64,000 nucleotides of DNA from Candidatus Omnitrophota bacterium (GCA_903860135.1 CAIOPG010000009.1:175805-239804), one strand, 5' to 3'; numbered from the stretch's first letter, positions 30,837 to 39,841 are shown. The notes: generated by a model not told the origin, from the sequence alone. Translations and numbers: made by a program.

Positions 30837-31256
30837 TTAATTCTTTAATGTAGAGAAAATACCGCCCTTGGTTTTTGTAACAGTTCCCGCAGGGGCATTC
30901 AGGGTAAGCGTGATCGTATCAGCAACTCCTGCACCACCTTTTAAAGTAGCTGTCGCACCGCAAGCAGATGCATTCGCACATTCAGTAGCGGTAAATGAAT
31001 AGGTAAAATTACTTGATGCCGTTGGAAATGAATAGCCCGATATTGCTGTTACATTATTACATGCCGTATAATCTTCACTGTTCTGAATATAACATTCCTG
31101 GACTTTGCGCATCAAAACACCAAGCTGCATATAAGCCTCTGCCGCTTTGGCAATATTCACCTGAGCGCTAAGACGCGGCAGTGCTACTGCGGCCAAAACA
31201 CCAATGATGATAACAACAATGATGATCTCGATTAGTGTAAAACCCTTTTTTTTCAT
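30837..31256 (-). CDS. type IV major pilin candidate, tandem copy 2 (139 aa)
   Basis: MKKKG|FTLIEIIIVV.... Differs from copy 1 by four residues plus one Lys in the leader. Confidence 0.88.
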   Translation of the reverse strand: MKKKGFTLIEIIIVVIIIGVLAAVALPRLSAQVNIAKAAEAYMQLGVLMRKVQECYIQNSEDYTACNNVTAISGYSFPTASSNFTYSFTATECANASACGATATLKGGAGVADTITLTLNAPAGTVTKTKGGIFSTLKN

Positions 31257-31313
31257 ACATTTCCTTTTTTAGTGTTTTATTAGTATGTTCCTGCATTAAT
31301 AATATTTTTGGAA

Positions 31314-31730
31314 TTAATTCTTCAAAGTTGAAAAAATACCACCCTTTGTTTTTGTAACGGTTCCCGCAGGGGCATTCAGCGTAAGCGTGATAACATCCGC
31401 CGCCGCACCACCTTTTAAAGTAGCTGTCGCACCGCAAGCAGATGCATTCGCACATTCAGTAGCGGTAAATGCATATGTAAAATTACTCGATCCAGTTGGA
31501 AAGGAATAACCAGATATCGCTGTTACATTATTGCATGCCGCATAATCTTCACTATTCTGAACATAACATTCTTGGACTTTGCGCATCAAAACACCAAGCT
31601 GCATATAAGCCTCTGCCGCTTTGGCAATATTCACCTGAGCGCTAAGACGCGGCAACGCTACTGCGGCCAAAACACCGATAATGATAACAACAATGATGAT
31701 CTCGATTAGTGTAAAACCTTTTTTTTTCAT
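31314..31730 (-). CDS. type IV major pilin candidate, tandem copy 3 (138 aa)
   Basis: MKKKG|FTLIEIIIVV.... The N-terminal roughly 55 residues are identical to copies 1 and 2, and the C-terminal half is slightly diverged. Confidence 0.88.
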   Translation of the reverse strand: MKKKGFTLIEIIIVVIIIGVLAAVALPRLSAQVNIAKAAEAYMQLGVLMRKVQECYVQNSEDYAACNNVTAISGYSFPTGSSNFTYAFTATECANASACGATATLKGGAAADVITLTLNAPAGTVTKTKGGIFSTLKN

Positions 31731-31787
31731 ACATTTCCTTTTTTAGTGTTTTATTAATATCTTCCTGAATTAAAAATATTTTTAAAA

Positions 31788-32207
31788 TTAATTCTTCAAA
31801 GTTGAGAAAATACCCCCCTTTGTTTTTGTAATCGAACCAGCTGAAATATCCAGCTTAAGAGTGATAACATCCGCAGCGTTCGCATTGGTTCCACTGAATG
31901 AAGCTTGACCTACACAATTATTAGCATCTGGACACAGAGAAGAATTAAAATTATATGTAAAATTAGGAGTTACTGGAAATGTATAACCTGATAGAGCTGT
32001 CACCTCGTTGCATCCCGCCATGATGTCACCATTTTGAATATAACATTCCTGGACTTTGCGCATCAGAACACCCAGTTGCCTATAGGCCTCAACGGCTTTT
32101 GTAGTATTAACCTGATTCGTAACACGAGGCATAGCTATCGCTGCTAAGACTCCAATAATTATAACAACAATTATTACTTCAATCAATGTAAACCCATTTT
32201 TATACAC
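31788..32207 (-). CDS. type IV major pilin candidate, tandem copy 4 (more diverged, about 139 aa)
   Basis: Shares GFTLIE..IIVVIIIGVLAA, QLGVLMRKVQECYIQN and the terminal TKTKGGIFSTLKN with copies 1-3. I favour GTG 32207 (MYKNG|FTLIEV), which gives the same 5-residue leader as the paralogs. The ORF-track start 32222 is also a GTG. Confidence 0.8.
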   Translation of the reverse strand: MYKNGFTLIEVIIVVIIIGVLAAIAMPRVTNQVNTTKAVEAYRQLGVLMRKVQECYIQNGDIMAGCNEVTALSGYTFPVTPNFTYNFNSSLCPDANNCVGQASFSGTNANAADVITLKLDISAGSITKTKGGIFSTLKN

Positions 32208-32281
32208 GTATATCCTACCCACATGTTATCTGTATACAAATATGACATATTTAAATAAATAAAGCGAATATAAATAATTAA

Positions 32282-33508
32282 TTATCCTCCGGTAGATAAA
32301 GAAAGTATAGGTAGAAACATCGCGATAACAATTAGACCTATTACACCACCCATGATAACAAGCATAACGGGTTCAATAAGAATGCTGAATCGCTTCAAAA
32401 ATTCTTCAACATTAGCTTTATAATATATGGCGACATTATTCAACATCTTGCCAAGCTCACCGGTTTCCTCGCCAACACGGATCATCTGCACCGTCATCGA
32501 AGGGAAAAATCCACTTCTTTCCATTGGATCTGCCAAAAGCTGCCCCTCACGTACGGCTTCACGCACATTTCTTATAACTTCCGCACAAACCACATTATCC
32601 ACCAGTCTCTCCGATATCTCCAAAGAATAAAGAATGGGGACACCGCTTTCCATAAGGGTGGACATTTGAGATGTAAACTTCTCAATTACAATTAATTTTA
32701 TCATACCACCGAAAATAGGAACTTTAAAAAGAAAAGTCTCAAATTGCTTTCTTCCAAGAGGTGTTTTAATGTAATTCATGAAAAGAAAAATGCTTCCGGC
32801 CCCTCCAGCAATAAGTATAAAAAATCTCTCTTTCAATAATTTGAAAATTGACATCATTATGACCGTGATAGTCGGGAGCTTGATATCCATATCAGAAAAA
32901 ATACGTTCAAATGTAGGCCCGACAAAAAGAGCGAAAAACAAAACAGCTCCGATACAAATAAAACAAAGAACCATCGGATAAACAAGGGCTCCTATAATAG
33001 TAGACTTGAACTTGGCTGTATCCTCCATATATTGTGTCAACTTGTTGAGAACTTTCGGTAATGTACCAGATGCTTCACCAACCTCAATAAGACTGACCCA
33101 AAAAGCAGTAAACACCTTGGGATATTTTGAAATAGCGCTACTGAAAGTACGACCCTGTTCAACATCTGTGACTACCGCCTCAATGATGACGGTTAACCCA
33201 CGACTTTCCAGCTGAGAGCTGATGATCTTGAGCGATCGCATTAACAAAACACCTGCTCCCATCATCGCAGAAAGTTGACGCGCAAAAGAAACAACATCAT
33301 TTAATGAAATATTATTGTGCGAAAACACCCGCTTCTTTGCAACTGACGTCACAGGCTGTTGATTCTCAACAAACTGTTTTACAGCGGTTACAAAAAGCCC
33401 TTTTTGCTGTGCAAACTTAACAGCCTGCTGATCATTAATGGACTCTACAACCTCATTAAATACATGCCCTGAATTATCTTTAGCAGTAACAAGAAATTTG
33501 GCCATCAA
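32282..33508 (-). CDS. pilC: type IV pilus/T2SS platform protein (GspF/PilC family)
   Basis: 408 aa. Two T2SSF repeats (FARQLSAMMGAGVLLMRSL; FTSQMSTLMESGVPILYSL), three TM segments, and a C-terminal IEPVMLVIMGGVIGLIVIAMFLPI. Confidence 0.9.
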   Translation of the reverse strand: MMAKFLVTAKDNSGHVFNEVVESINDQQAVKFAQQKGLFVTAVKQFVENQQPVTSVAKKRVFSHNNISLNDVVSFARQLSAMMGAGVLLMRSLKIISSQLESRGLTVIIEAVVTDVEQGRTFSSAISKYPKVFTAFWVSLIEVGEASGTLPKVLNKLTQYMEDTAKFKSTIIGALVYPMVLCFICIGAVLFFALFVGPTFERIFSDMDIKLPTITVIMMSIFKLLKERFFILIAGGAGSIFLFMNYIKTPLGRKQFETFLFKVPIFGGMIKLIVIEKFTSQMSTLMESGVPILYSLEISERLVDNVVCAEVIRNVREAVREGQLLADPMERSGFFPSMTVQMIRVGEETGELGKMLNNVAIYYKANVEEFLKRFSILIEPVMLVIMGGVIGLIVIAMFLPILSLSTGG

Positions 33509-33523
33509 TTTCCCCAGATCAAT

Positions 33524-35233
33524 TTATATAACAATAGATAAAATTTCCTCAAGGCTCGTGACACCTTCTTCAACCTTCTTCATCCCAACTTCAAAAAGTG
33601 TCGCCATTCCAGCTTTAGATGCTGCGTCCTTCAATTCGTCATAGGAAACATTGTTACCGATCATACGCCGTATAACATCATTAATGGCAAGAACCTCTGA
33701 TACGACCATGCGTCCCCTGTATCCGGTGTGCCCGCATTTATCGCACCCTTTAGCGCGATAAATCAAATCGGTAGACAACTTGATAGACCCCAGATCTTCC
33801 GGCCTCGGTTCATAGGGCTCTTTGCAATCGGCGCATAACTTACGCGCTAAGCGCTGGCTCACAATCATCGTTAATGACGGTGTTAATAAATATGAGGGGA
33901 CACCTATATCCATCAAGCGGCTTATCGCTGACGGTGCGTCATTGGTATGCAGTGTTGAAAGGACAAAGTGACCTGTTAATGCCGCACGCACACATATCTC
34001 TGCTGTCTCAAGATCACGTATTTCACCAACCATAATGATATCCGGATCCTGTCGAAGAAACGATCGTAACGCCTGTGCAAATCCAAAGCCAATATCAGGA
34101 CGCACATGAACCTGGTTAATTCCATCAATGCGGAACTCAACAGGATCTTCTGCTGTCATAATATTCTTGGTGCGATCAAAAACTTCAGAAAGAGAAGAAT
34201 AAAGGGTCGTCGACTTACCACTACCCGTAGGTCCTGTTATAAGAAAAAGACCATACGGAACTTTAAGTGCTTTACGGATGAGTTCTAACTGGGACGCATT
34301 AAATCCAAGCGTAGCCAAATCAAGTTTTACTGCATTCTTATCCAGGATACGCATAACCACTTTCTCTCCCCAAACGGTAGGAACGGTGGACACACGCAGA
34401 TCAACAACACGGTTTTGATCAAACTTTACAGAAATACGCCCATCCTGCGGCAATCGCCTCTCGGCAATGTCAAGCCTAGAAATGATCTTAATGCGCGATA
34501 CGATCGAAGCATGAAGATGTTTTGCCGGCGGAGGGATTTGATAAAGATCACCGTCGATACGATAACGAAGTTCGATCTTGTCCTTAAAAGGTTCGATATG
34601 AATATCACTTGCCCGGTCATCAATAGCCTGCCTGATAATAAGATCCACAAGCTTGATGATCGGCGCTTCTTCGGCTGTTGCGATCAACCTGTCAAGACTT
34701 AACTCCGACTCAGATTTATCATCACCGGATGTTGAGAAATTACTCGAGTCATTCTGCGCTCTTTCAACCGCCTTTCCCCAAGCACCACCCTCATCGGCCA
34801 GATAAAACCGCTCCAATGATTTTAGAATATCGGTACGTGTCGCAATGACAAAGTTTATTTCACAACCAGTCATCTTTTTCAAATTATCGATCATAATAAG
34901 ATCAAATGGATTAAAGATCGCGCATGTCAGTGAATTACCATTCCGATTAAGTAACAATACAAGATTATCTACAGCATACTGATACGAAATAAGCTTTTCA
35001 AGGCCCTGCCCTTTTTGAGGATTCAATAGGCCTGAAGCTTCGGAGGCATATGGAATAAGAAGCTGTGTCCCAAGAGCCACAGCCAAGTCGCTTTCATTAA
35101 TAAATCCCATTTTGACCAAAATTTCTCCGACATGACTCTTGTCGGTCTTTTGGGCATCTATAGCAGACTGGAACTGGGCTTCGGTAATTAAGCCCTTTTT
35201 AATAAGTATTTCACCAAGCTTTAACCGTGCCAT
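33524..35233 (-). CDS. pilB: type IV pilus assembly ATPase (GspE/PilB family) with N-terminal MshEN-type domain
   Basis: 569 aa. Walker A GPTGSGKST, Walker B DPDIIMVGEIRD, His box GHFVLSTLHTNDA, and a tetracysteine CADC...CDKC. The N-terminus holds two 24-residue MshEN-like motifs. Confidence 0.92.
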   Translation of the reverse strand: MARLKLGEILIKKGLITEAQFQSAIDAQKTDKSHVGEILVKMGFINESDLAVALGTQLLIPYASEASGLLNPQKGQGLEKLISYQYAVDNLVLLLNRNGNSLTCAIFNPFDLIMIDNLKKMTGCEINFVIATRTDILKSLERFYLADEGGAWGKAVERAQNDSSNFSTSGDDKSESELSLDRLIATAEEAPIIKLVDLIIRQAIDDRASDIHIEPFKDKIELRYRIDGDLYQIPPPAKHLHASIVSRIKIISRLDIAERRLPQDGRISVKFDQNRVVDLRVSTVPTVWGEKVVMRILDKNAVKLDLATLGFNASQLELIRKALKVPYGLFLITGPTGSGKSTTLYSSLSEVFDRTKNIMTAEDPVEFRIDGINQVHVRPDIGFGFAQALRSFLRQDPDIIMVGEIRDLETAEICVRAALTGHFVLSTLHTNDAPSAISRLMDIGVPSYLLTPSLTMIVSQRLARKLCADCKEPYEPRPEDLGSIKLSTDLIYRAKGCDKCGHTGYRGRMVVSEVLAINDVIRRMIGNNVSYDELKDAASKAGMATLFEVGMKKVEEGVTSLEEILSIVI

Positions 35234-35242
35234 AATTTAATC

Positions 35243-36745
35243 CTATTTCTTTTGTACACTCATAGAGTCCATGGCAGAACGAATAATGCTCTGTCTTATC
35301 ACACCGCTACTTTCGCGAATTCCAAGATCAGCAGGAACAGTGTCAACAACGAAATCACTGCCAGGATCCATGACACGGGGGGTAATAAAAATAAGGAGCT
35401 CCCTGTCTTTGGTAGTCGTAGTATCGTGACGGAACACACGCCCGAGAAAAGGAATGTCTCCTAAGACCGGAAGTTTTGTCTGAACTTTTTGTTTCTCAGA
35501 ACGTAACAATCCTCCGAGAACAACAGTTTCACCCGAATGTATCCTCATTTTAACCTTAGCACTACGGATCTCTGTGTCCTTAAAAGTCACCCCGCTATAA
35601 GTTCCACCCAAACGCGCAACAACCACGCGTGGTGAAACAGCCAGTAAAATATCACCTGTCATCAAATTTAACTGAGGCGTGACCGTCAACGTAATCCCCG
35701 TCTCAACTCGTTCAGGTTCAACAGTGGATCCTTGCGTTATTGTCGCCGCTGCCGTCACTTTAACACCAATAGCTTCCGACGCAGTAATCTTAATCTGTGC
35801 CGTTTCATTATTCATGGTCCAAATTCTTGGGCGCGCTAAATTCCTAGCATCTGTTGACGTCTTTAAAAACTGTAACATAGCCGAAAAAGCATTTCCGCCC
35901 ATCGCGCCCTGTGAATACGTAACCTCTGTGCCCCCCTTACTAAGTGCATTCTTTTGGTCAAGAGGGAAATAAAAACTCCTCCCTCCCAGTCCTTTGAAAT
36001 CATATAAGGTGTTGCCAAACTTAACACCTATCTCATCAGCTACTTCCTTAGAAACATCTATCATCTGGACTTCAATCAATATCTGGGCAACCGGCACATC
36101 CAGTTTAGCCAATGTTCGTTCGATCAAAGGAAAATTTGTATCTTCATCAGAAATGATCAGGCTGTTGGTCCGTGAATCTTCAGCGATCTTGGCCGAAGCT
36201 GTTAATACTGTTTTCAAAATATCCACGAGAGCAACGCTCGTCGTTACTGTATTGCTCCCAGCACTCGACGATCCATTACCCCCCCCTTCTTCTGCGGTAA
36301 TTCCGAATGTTGATTGCAACTTTGAAGATGCAACAGTAGCATATTTTAAAGGATAAACACGCGTTATGATATTCTTTTCAGCCTTGATATTATCGATCAT
36401 CAAAATATTGTCATTATTATCATATGAATAAGAAAGTCCATTTGCCGTCAAAATTTTTTTCAAAGCATCCTCAACAGGAACAGCATCAAGAAAAAGTGTT
36501 ATAGGGTCGGTTTTAACAGCGTCTGAAACAATAAAATTGGCACCTATCTGACGAGAGAAGGCCTTCAAAACATCCCTGATATCTGCATTCTTGAAATCAA
36601 GGGAAACAAGTTGAGAATATTGTGGAAGTATAAAACTGTTCTGACTACCAGCTGAAGTAGTGGCAGAAAAAACTTGAGTAAATAAAGAAATTTGAATAAT
36701 ATTGGTAAGTAAAAATATAAATAAATATTTATTTTTTAAACCCAT
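35243..36745 (-). CDS. pilQ: outer-membrane secretin (PilQ/GspD family), short form
   Basis: 500 aa. Signal peptide, N0-like domain (VSLDFKNADIRDVLKAFSRQIGANFIV), and a C-terminal secretin core (LPVLGDIPFLGRVFRHDTTTTKDRELLIFITPRV). Confidence 0.9.
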   Translation of the reverse strand: MGLKNKYLFIFLLTNIIQISLFTQVFSATTSAGSQNSFILPQYSQLVSLDFKNADIRDVLKAFSRQIGANFIVSDAVKTDPITLFLDAVPVEDALKKILTANGLSYSYDNNDNILMIDNIKAEKNIITRVYPLKYATVASSKLQSTFGITAEEGGGNGSSSAGSNTVTTSVALVDILKTVLTASAKIAEDSRTNSLIISDEDTNFPLIERTLAKLDVPVAQILIEVQMIDVSKEVADEIGVKFGNTLYDFKGLGGRSFYFPLDQKNALSKGGTEVTYSQGAMGGNAFSAMLQFLKTSTDARNLARPRIWTMNNETAQIKITASEAIGVKVTAAATITQGSTVEPERVETGITLTVTPQLNLMTGDILLAVSPRVVVARLGGTYSGVTFKDTEIRSAKVKMRIHSGETVVLGGLLRSEKQKVQTKLPVLGDIPFLGRVFRHDTTTTKDRELLIFITPRVMDPGSDFVVDTVPADLGIRESSGVIRQSIIRSAMDSMSVQKK

Positions 36746-36749
36746 ACTA

Positions 36750-37265
36750 TCAATCTTTCAATAATAACTTGTAAAGAAATTCGTTGTAATCTATTTCCAC
36801 ACGGCCTTTGCGGATAGCCAAAATCCTTACCCCCTCTGATCTATCCCCCAAACCCAATATATTTCCATTTAAAATAACCATTGGATTCCTTGTTTTATAA
36901 AATATTCCTGTCACTTTCAGCACAGGCAACGAGGCTATTGATAATTTCCTTACAGGTTGCGCTGAGGGTATCGCAACAAAGTGCTTTATTTCAGGAATAA
37001 CAGCAACTATCGGTCTATCTACTACTGGCTTAACTAAATTATCAGCTTCCTTGCGAAAATCTTTACTAACAAGATCTGGTCTGGCTTTAAACGGATGGAA
37101 AGGCTCCCCAAGAGACTCTATCATCATTTCAAACGGAAGCTTATTAGTCTCATTGGCGTAAGAAAGAGTTGAATTAAAATGAAATAATTGAAAACTATAG
37201 ATAAAAAGAATATTATACATTAAAAAAAGATGATGCCTACTTCTTTTTAAAATTTTTATGTTCAT
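36750..37265 (-). CDS. PilP/GspC-like periplasmic protein (hypothetical)
   Basis: Start at ATG 37265 (MNIKILKRSRHHLFLMYNILFIYSFQLF...SYA|NE), a plausible signal peptide. The C-terminus LKVTGIFYKTRNPMVILNGNILGLGDRSEGVRILAIRKGRVEIDY resembles the PilP/GspC HR beta-domain. Lies just upstream of the secretin gene. The start is uncertain (alternatives 37301 and 37220). Confidence 0.5.
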   Translation of the reverse strand: MNIKILKRSRHHLFLMYNILFIYSFQLFHFNSTLSYANETNKLPFEMMIESLGEPFHPFKARPDLVSKDFRKEADNLVKPVVDRPIVAVIPEIKHFVAIPSAQPVRKLSIASLPVLKVTGIFYKTRNPMVILNGNILGLGDRSEGVRILAIRKGRVEIDYNEFLYKLLLKD

Positions 37266-37854
37266 TATCTTCCACCAGTTGAAGCAACGAAATGGTAACA
37301 TCCAGCGTCATCGCATCCGTCTGGACTCCTGAATTAACCGGATTGTACTTAATCAACAGGCTATCCAATTTGATCATGTACCCGGAAGATTCCATATCAT
37401 GAACAAATAATAGCATATCCTTGACATTAAGGGAAGAAGCACTAAAACTCATACAAATAGAACGAAAAAAACCATCATTGCTAGTCTGCAATGGATTAAA
37501 AGCATCAATTGTAATTCGTCGCCGCGTGGCACGCCCTGTAACATAAGATATAAAATCAGCCTTGACCAATCCCAAAGGCATCTTGCACATATAATCAGTC
37601 AGATATTTGTTGCTTTGCTCAAGATCCTGGATAGGCTGTCTTTTTGATTGCAAAATCTTTTTTCTCGACGCAAGAGACTGATATTGATTAAAATTTTTAG
37701 TTGTAAGAAAAACTATTACACAAAATCCCAATAAAACAATCAAAGAATTAGTCGCTAAAACTAAATTCTGATTTACATAATGGTTACAATCCTTAATAAA
37801 TTTTGAAGGATTATTTAGATATATTTCGAAATTCTTTAAATCATCAAGATTCAT
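37237..37854 (-). CDS. PilO-like bitopic membrane protein (hypothetical)
   Basis: ATG 37854 forms an ATGA overlap with the upstream stop. One TM helix (LVLATNSLIVLLGFCVIVFL), then a coiled-coil-like segment and a C-terminal alpha/beta region. Position between PilM-N and the PilP-like gene matches pilO. Assigned by architecture and position only. Confidence 0.5.
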   Translation of the reverse strand: MNLDDLKNFEIYLNNPSKFIKDCNHYVNQNLVLATNSLIVLLGFCVIVFLTTKNFNQYQSLASRKKILQSKRQPIQDLEQSNKYLTDYMCKMPLGLVKADFISYVTGRATRRRITIDAFNPLQTSNDGFFRSICMSFSASSLNVKDMLLFVHDMESSGYMIKLDSLLIKYNPVNSGVQTDAMTLDVTISLLQLVEDNEHKNFKKK

Positions 37855-39455
37855 TTCGCCTCGCACGTAATCGAAAACGCTGTGACTTTTCTATTATCAT
37901 ATTCTCGAACCTGTAAAGAAACAATCTTAATTTGTGTGAAATTAGTGGCGAACAAATTATCGCTATTTAAAGCATTAAAGAAATGATTAACCCTTTCAAA
38001 TTCTATATTGTTGTCCTTCAAAGACACATACCCCGAAAAGGTCATTGCCGTCTTGGTCTGAAGTGAATAATAATCAACCTCTTTGTTCCCGGGCTCAGGG
38101 ACCTTGCGCGCCGAAACAGGCTCATCTTTAAAAGACAAACTAACAGACTCAAGCCAAAATCCGGATGGCAGTCGTTTGACCAGCCGCACCAACATCTTTG
38201 TCGCCCGTGCATCGAAAGGCAATGATTTCAATGAAAATAACTTCTTGACATTCTTCATTTTCTTCTGAACGGCGTCTGACTCATCTATATCAACGTATTC
38301 CCCGATCTCCTGCTCAAGATTAACAACTTCCTGTCTAAACTTAGACAGAAGCTGATCAGCAAAGAATGCAACAGAAAAGATCAGTGTAAAAACACCGGCC
38401 CCCACCGCCAAGGGCAAAACCAATGCTTGCCTCCTCTGGTCAATTTCAACTTGCTTGAGAGAAACCTGCTGTTTGGAACCTTCAAACAAATTAAAGTCAA
38501 TAACAGTAACCACTTTACTCATCATGGCCACGCCGTAGGCATACACAGCCGCCATTGTATTGCAATCATTGTGATCTACAAGTCTAAAAATATCAACAAT
38601 CTCAACATTGACCCCGAGTTCCTCTCCCATCTTGTCCCACAAAGCATTATTTCCGCCAATGGATATGGCCACCATTCTCTGGACTTCCTCCCCGCCATAC
38701 TGACGCAAGAAGAATTCGGAAGAAATACGGATCTCATTGAAAACTTTGGAACGTAGCTCATCATCGATCTGAAGAGTGCCAACACCCTGATGCACACCTC
38801 CCTGAAGATTAAACTCACGGATAAACTTGACATACCCTTTTTCACAAATAAGGAGTTCTCCGATATAACCATCGACATAAACAATCGCCGTTAATTCATC
38901 GGGATCAACGATCTTTCTAAAAACCAATGCACGGTAAAGACTAGCCGACGCCGGTTCACTGTAAACAACATTTATACCTGCTTGCATTAAAGCATCCGCA
39001 TGTTTTTCAAAAACATCTTTACGGATAGCAACAAATATAATGCCAATCTGCCGCGGATTACTTCCTAGAATATTCGAAGGAAAATATGTGTACGACAACT
39101 CATCAATTGGGAAAGGAATATACTTCTTGGCTTCGAAGATAACAACATCCTGTATCTCGCTTGACTTCATCCACGGAATACTGAACCAGCGAATAATAAT
39201 ATCTTTTGAAGGGATAGAAAGAAATGTTTCCTGCGTTGAAAAACCTTTATTTCGAACAGATTTTTGCAGTGCATCTAGAATCTGCATATCATGCGGTAAA
39301 GACTTCTTGTCAGCAGTGGAAGCCACGTCTTCCGGCGATACAAAAGGAACAAATGTCCCTATGGCGGGTGCGTTGCTCTCCAGTTGAACCAGCGTGAATC
39401 CGCTTGATCCCGAGTAAACCCCTAATCGCTTCTCACTGGCCATACCCAACCTCAT
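37851..39455 (-). CDS. pilM: PilM-PilN fusion (actin-like ATPase-fold pilus assembly protein joined to a TM helix and periplasmic PilN-like domain)
   Basis: N-terminal LGVYSGSSGFTLVQLE and FEAKKYIPFPIDEL resemble PilM motifs. A TM helix near residue 345 (ALVLPLAVGAGVFTLIFSVAFFA) is followed by about 170 aa. The likely true start is ATG 39443 (GAGG 6 nt upstream); the ORF-track start is 39455. Confidence 0.7.
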   Translation of the reverse strand: MRLGMASEKRLGVYSGSSGFTLVQLESNAPAIGTFVPFVSPEDVASTADKKSLPHDMQILDALQKSVRNKGFSTQETFLSIPSKDIIIRWFSIPWMKSSEIQDVVIFEAKKYIPFPIDELSYTYFPSNILGSNPRQIGIIFVAIRKDVFEKHADALMQAGINVVYSEPASASLYRALVFRKIVDPDELTAIVYVDGYIGELLICEKGYVKFIREFNLQGGVHQGVGTLQIDDELRSKVFNEIRISSEFFLRQYGGEEVQRMVAISIGGNNALWDKMGEELGVNVEIVDIFRLVDHNDCNTMAAVYAYGVAMMSKVVTVIDFNLFEGSKQQVSLKQVEIDQRRQALVLPLAVGAGVFTLIFSVAFFADQLLSKFRQEVVNLEQEIGEYVDIDESDAVQKKMKNVKKLFSLKSLPFDARATKMLVRLVKRLPSGFWLESVSLSFKDEPVSARKVPEPGNKEVDYYSLQTKTAMTFSGYVSLKDNNIEFERVNHFFNALNSDNLFATNFTQIKIVSLQVREYDNRKVTAFSITCEAK

Positions 39456-39511
39456 TGCTTTTATAAAAATGAATACTTTTAGCTAATAATCAATCGCAAG
39501 AAACGTATGCA

Positions 39512-39841
39512 TCAGTAACTAACATCCATCGTGAATGCCCTTGTTGCCCCTGGTCCTCCGCCGGCTACTTGGGTATAATGAACCGAATATGTTGTTCCGT
39601 CAACATATTCAGAGAAATCCGTAAGTGTTGTCGAACCACCGGCGTAAATCTCGCGTGCCCACCATAAAGCTTTTTTGGCAATAAGTTCCGCCTGAAGATG
39701 CTTTCTTTCACGTTCGGAAATAAGTGCCTGTGAATAATTTCGCGATAACACACCTAAAACCAAGATTGACATAAGCATAACAGCCGCAATAACTGTCAGT
39801 AAAATTACCCCCCGCTCACTACCGTATTCTCTTCTAATCAT
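39512..39841 (-). CDS. PilX_N/GspK-like pseudopilin-like protein (about 109 aa, no Glu5)
   Basis: Internal ATG 39841 gives MIRREYGSERGVILLTVIAAVMLMSILVLGVLS, resembling the ERGxALxxVL N-terminus of PilX/GspK-type proteins. The ORF-track extension to 39952 overlaps the upstream gene. Confidence 0.5.
   Translation of the reverse strand: MIRREYGSERGVILLTVIAAVMLMSILVLGVLSRNYSQALISERERKHLQAELIAKKALWWAREIYAGGSTTLTDFSEYVDGTTYSVHYTQVAGGGPGATRAFTMDVSY

Larger units (their letters stand above)
30402..32222 (-). repeat. tandem array of four pilin genes; repeat unit about 475 bp including a duplicated 57-nt leader/intergenic segment
   Basis: Hand alignment. Copy 1 versus copy 2 shows 17 substitutions plus one codon indel over about 414 nt. 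The intergenic segments 31257-31313 and 31731-31787 differ at 6 of 57 positions. Confidence 0.9.

Noticed and set aside
31168-31455. 95-aa minus-strand ORF spanning the junction of pilin copies 2 and 3
   Set aside because: It is an alternative frame of two real pilin genes plus their spacer. It has no motif, and it exists only because of the repeat.
30402-31787. Periodic repeat of about 475 bp considered as a possible CRISPR or other non-coding array
   Set aside because: The unit is far longer than a CRISPR repeat-spacer, each unit is a complete pilin ORF, and there are no short direct repeats separated by unique spacers.
31257-32281. Sigma-54 (GG-N10-GC) promoters upstream of the major pilin genes
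   Set aside because: I scanned the 57-nt leaders and the 32208-32281 spacer on the minus strand and found no TGGCAC-N5-TTGC-like element. There are only AT-rich sequence and weak sigma-70-like hexamers, so no promoter is called.
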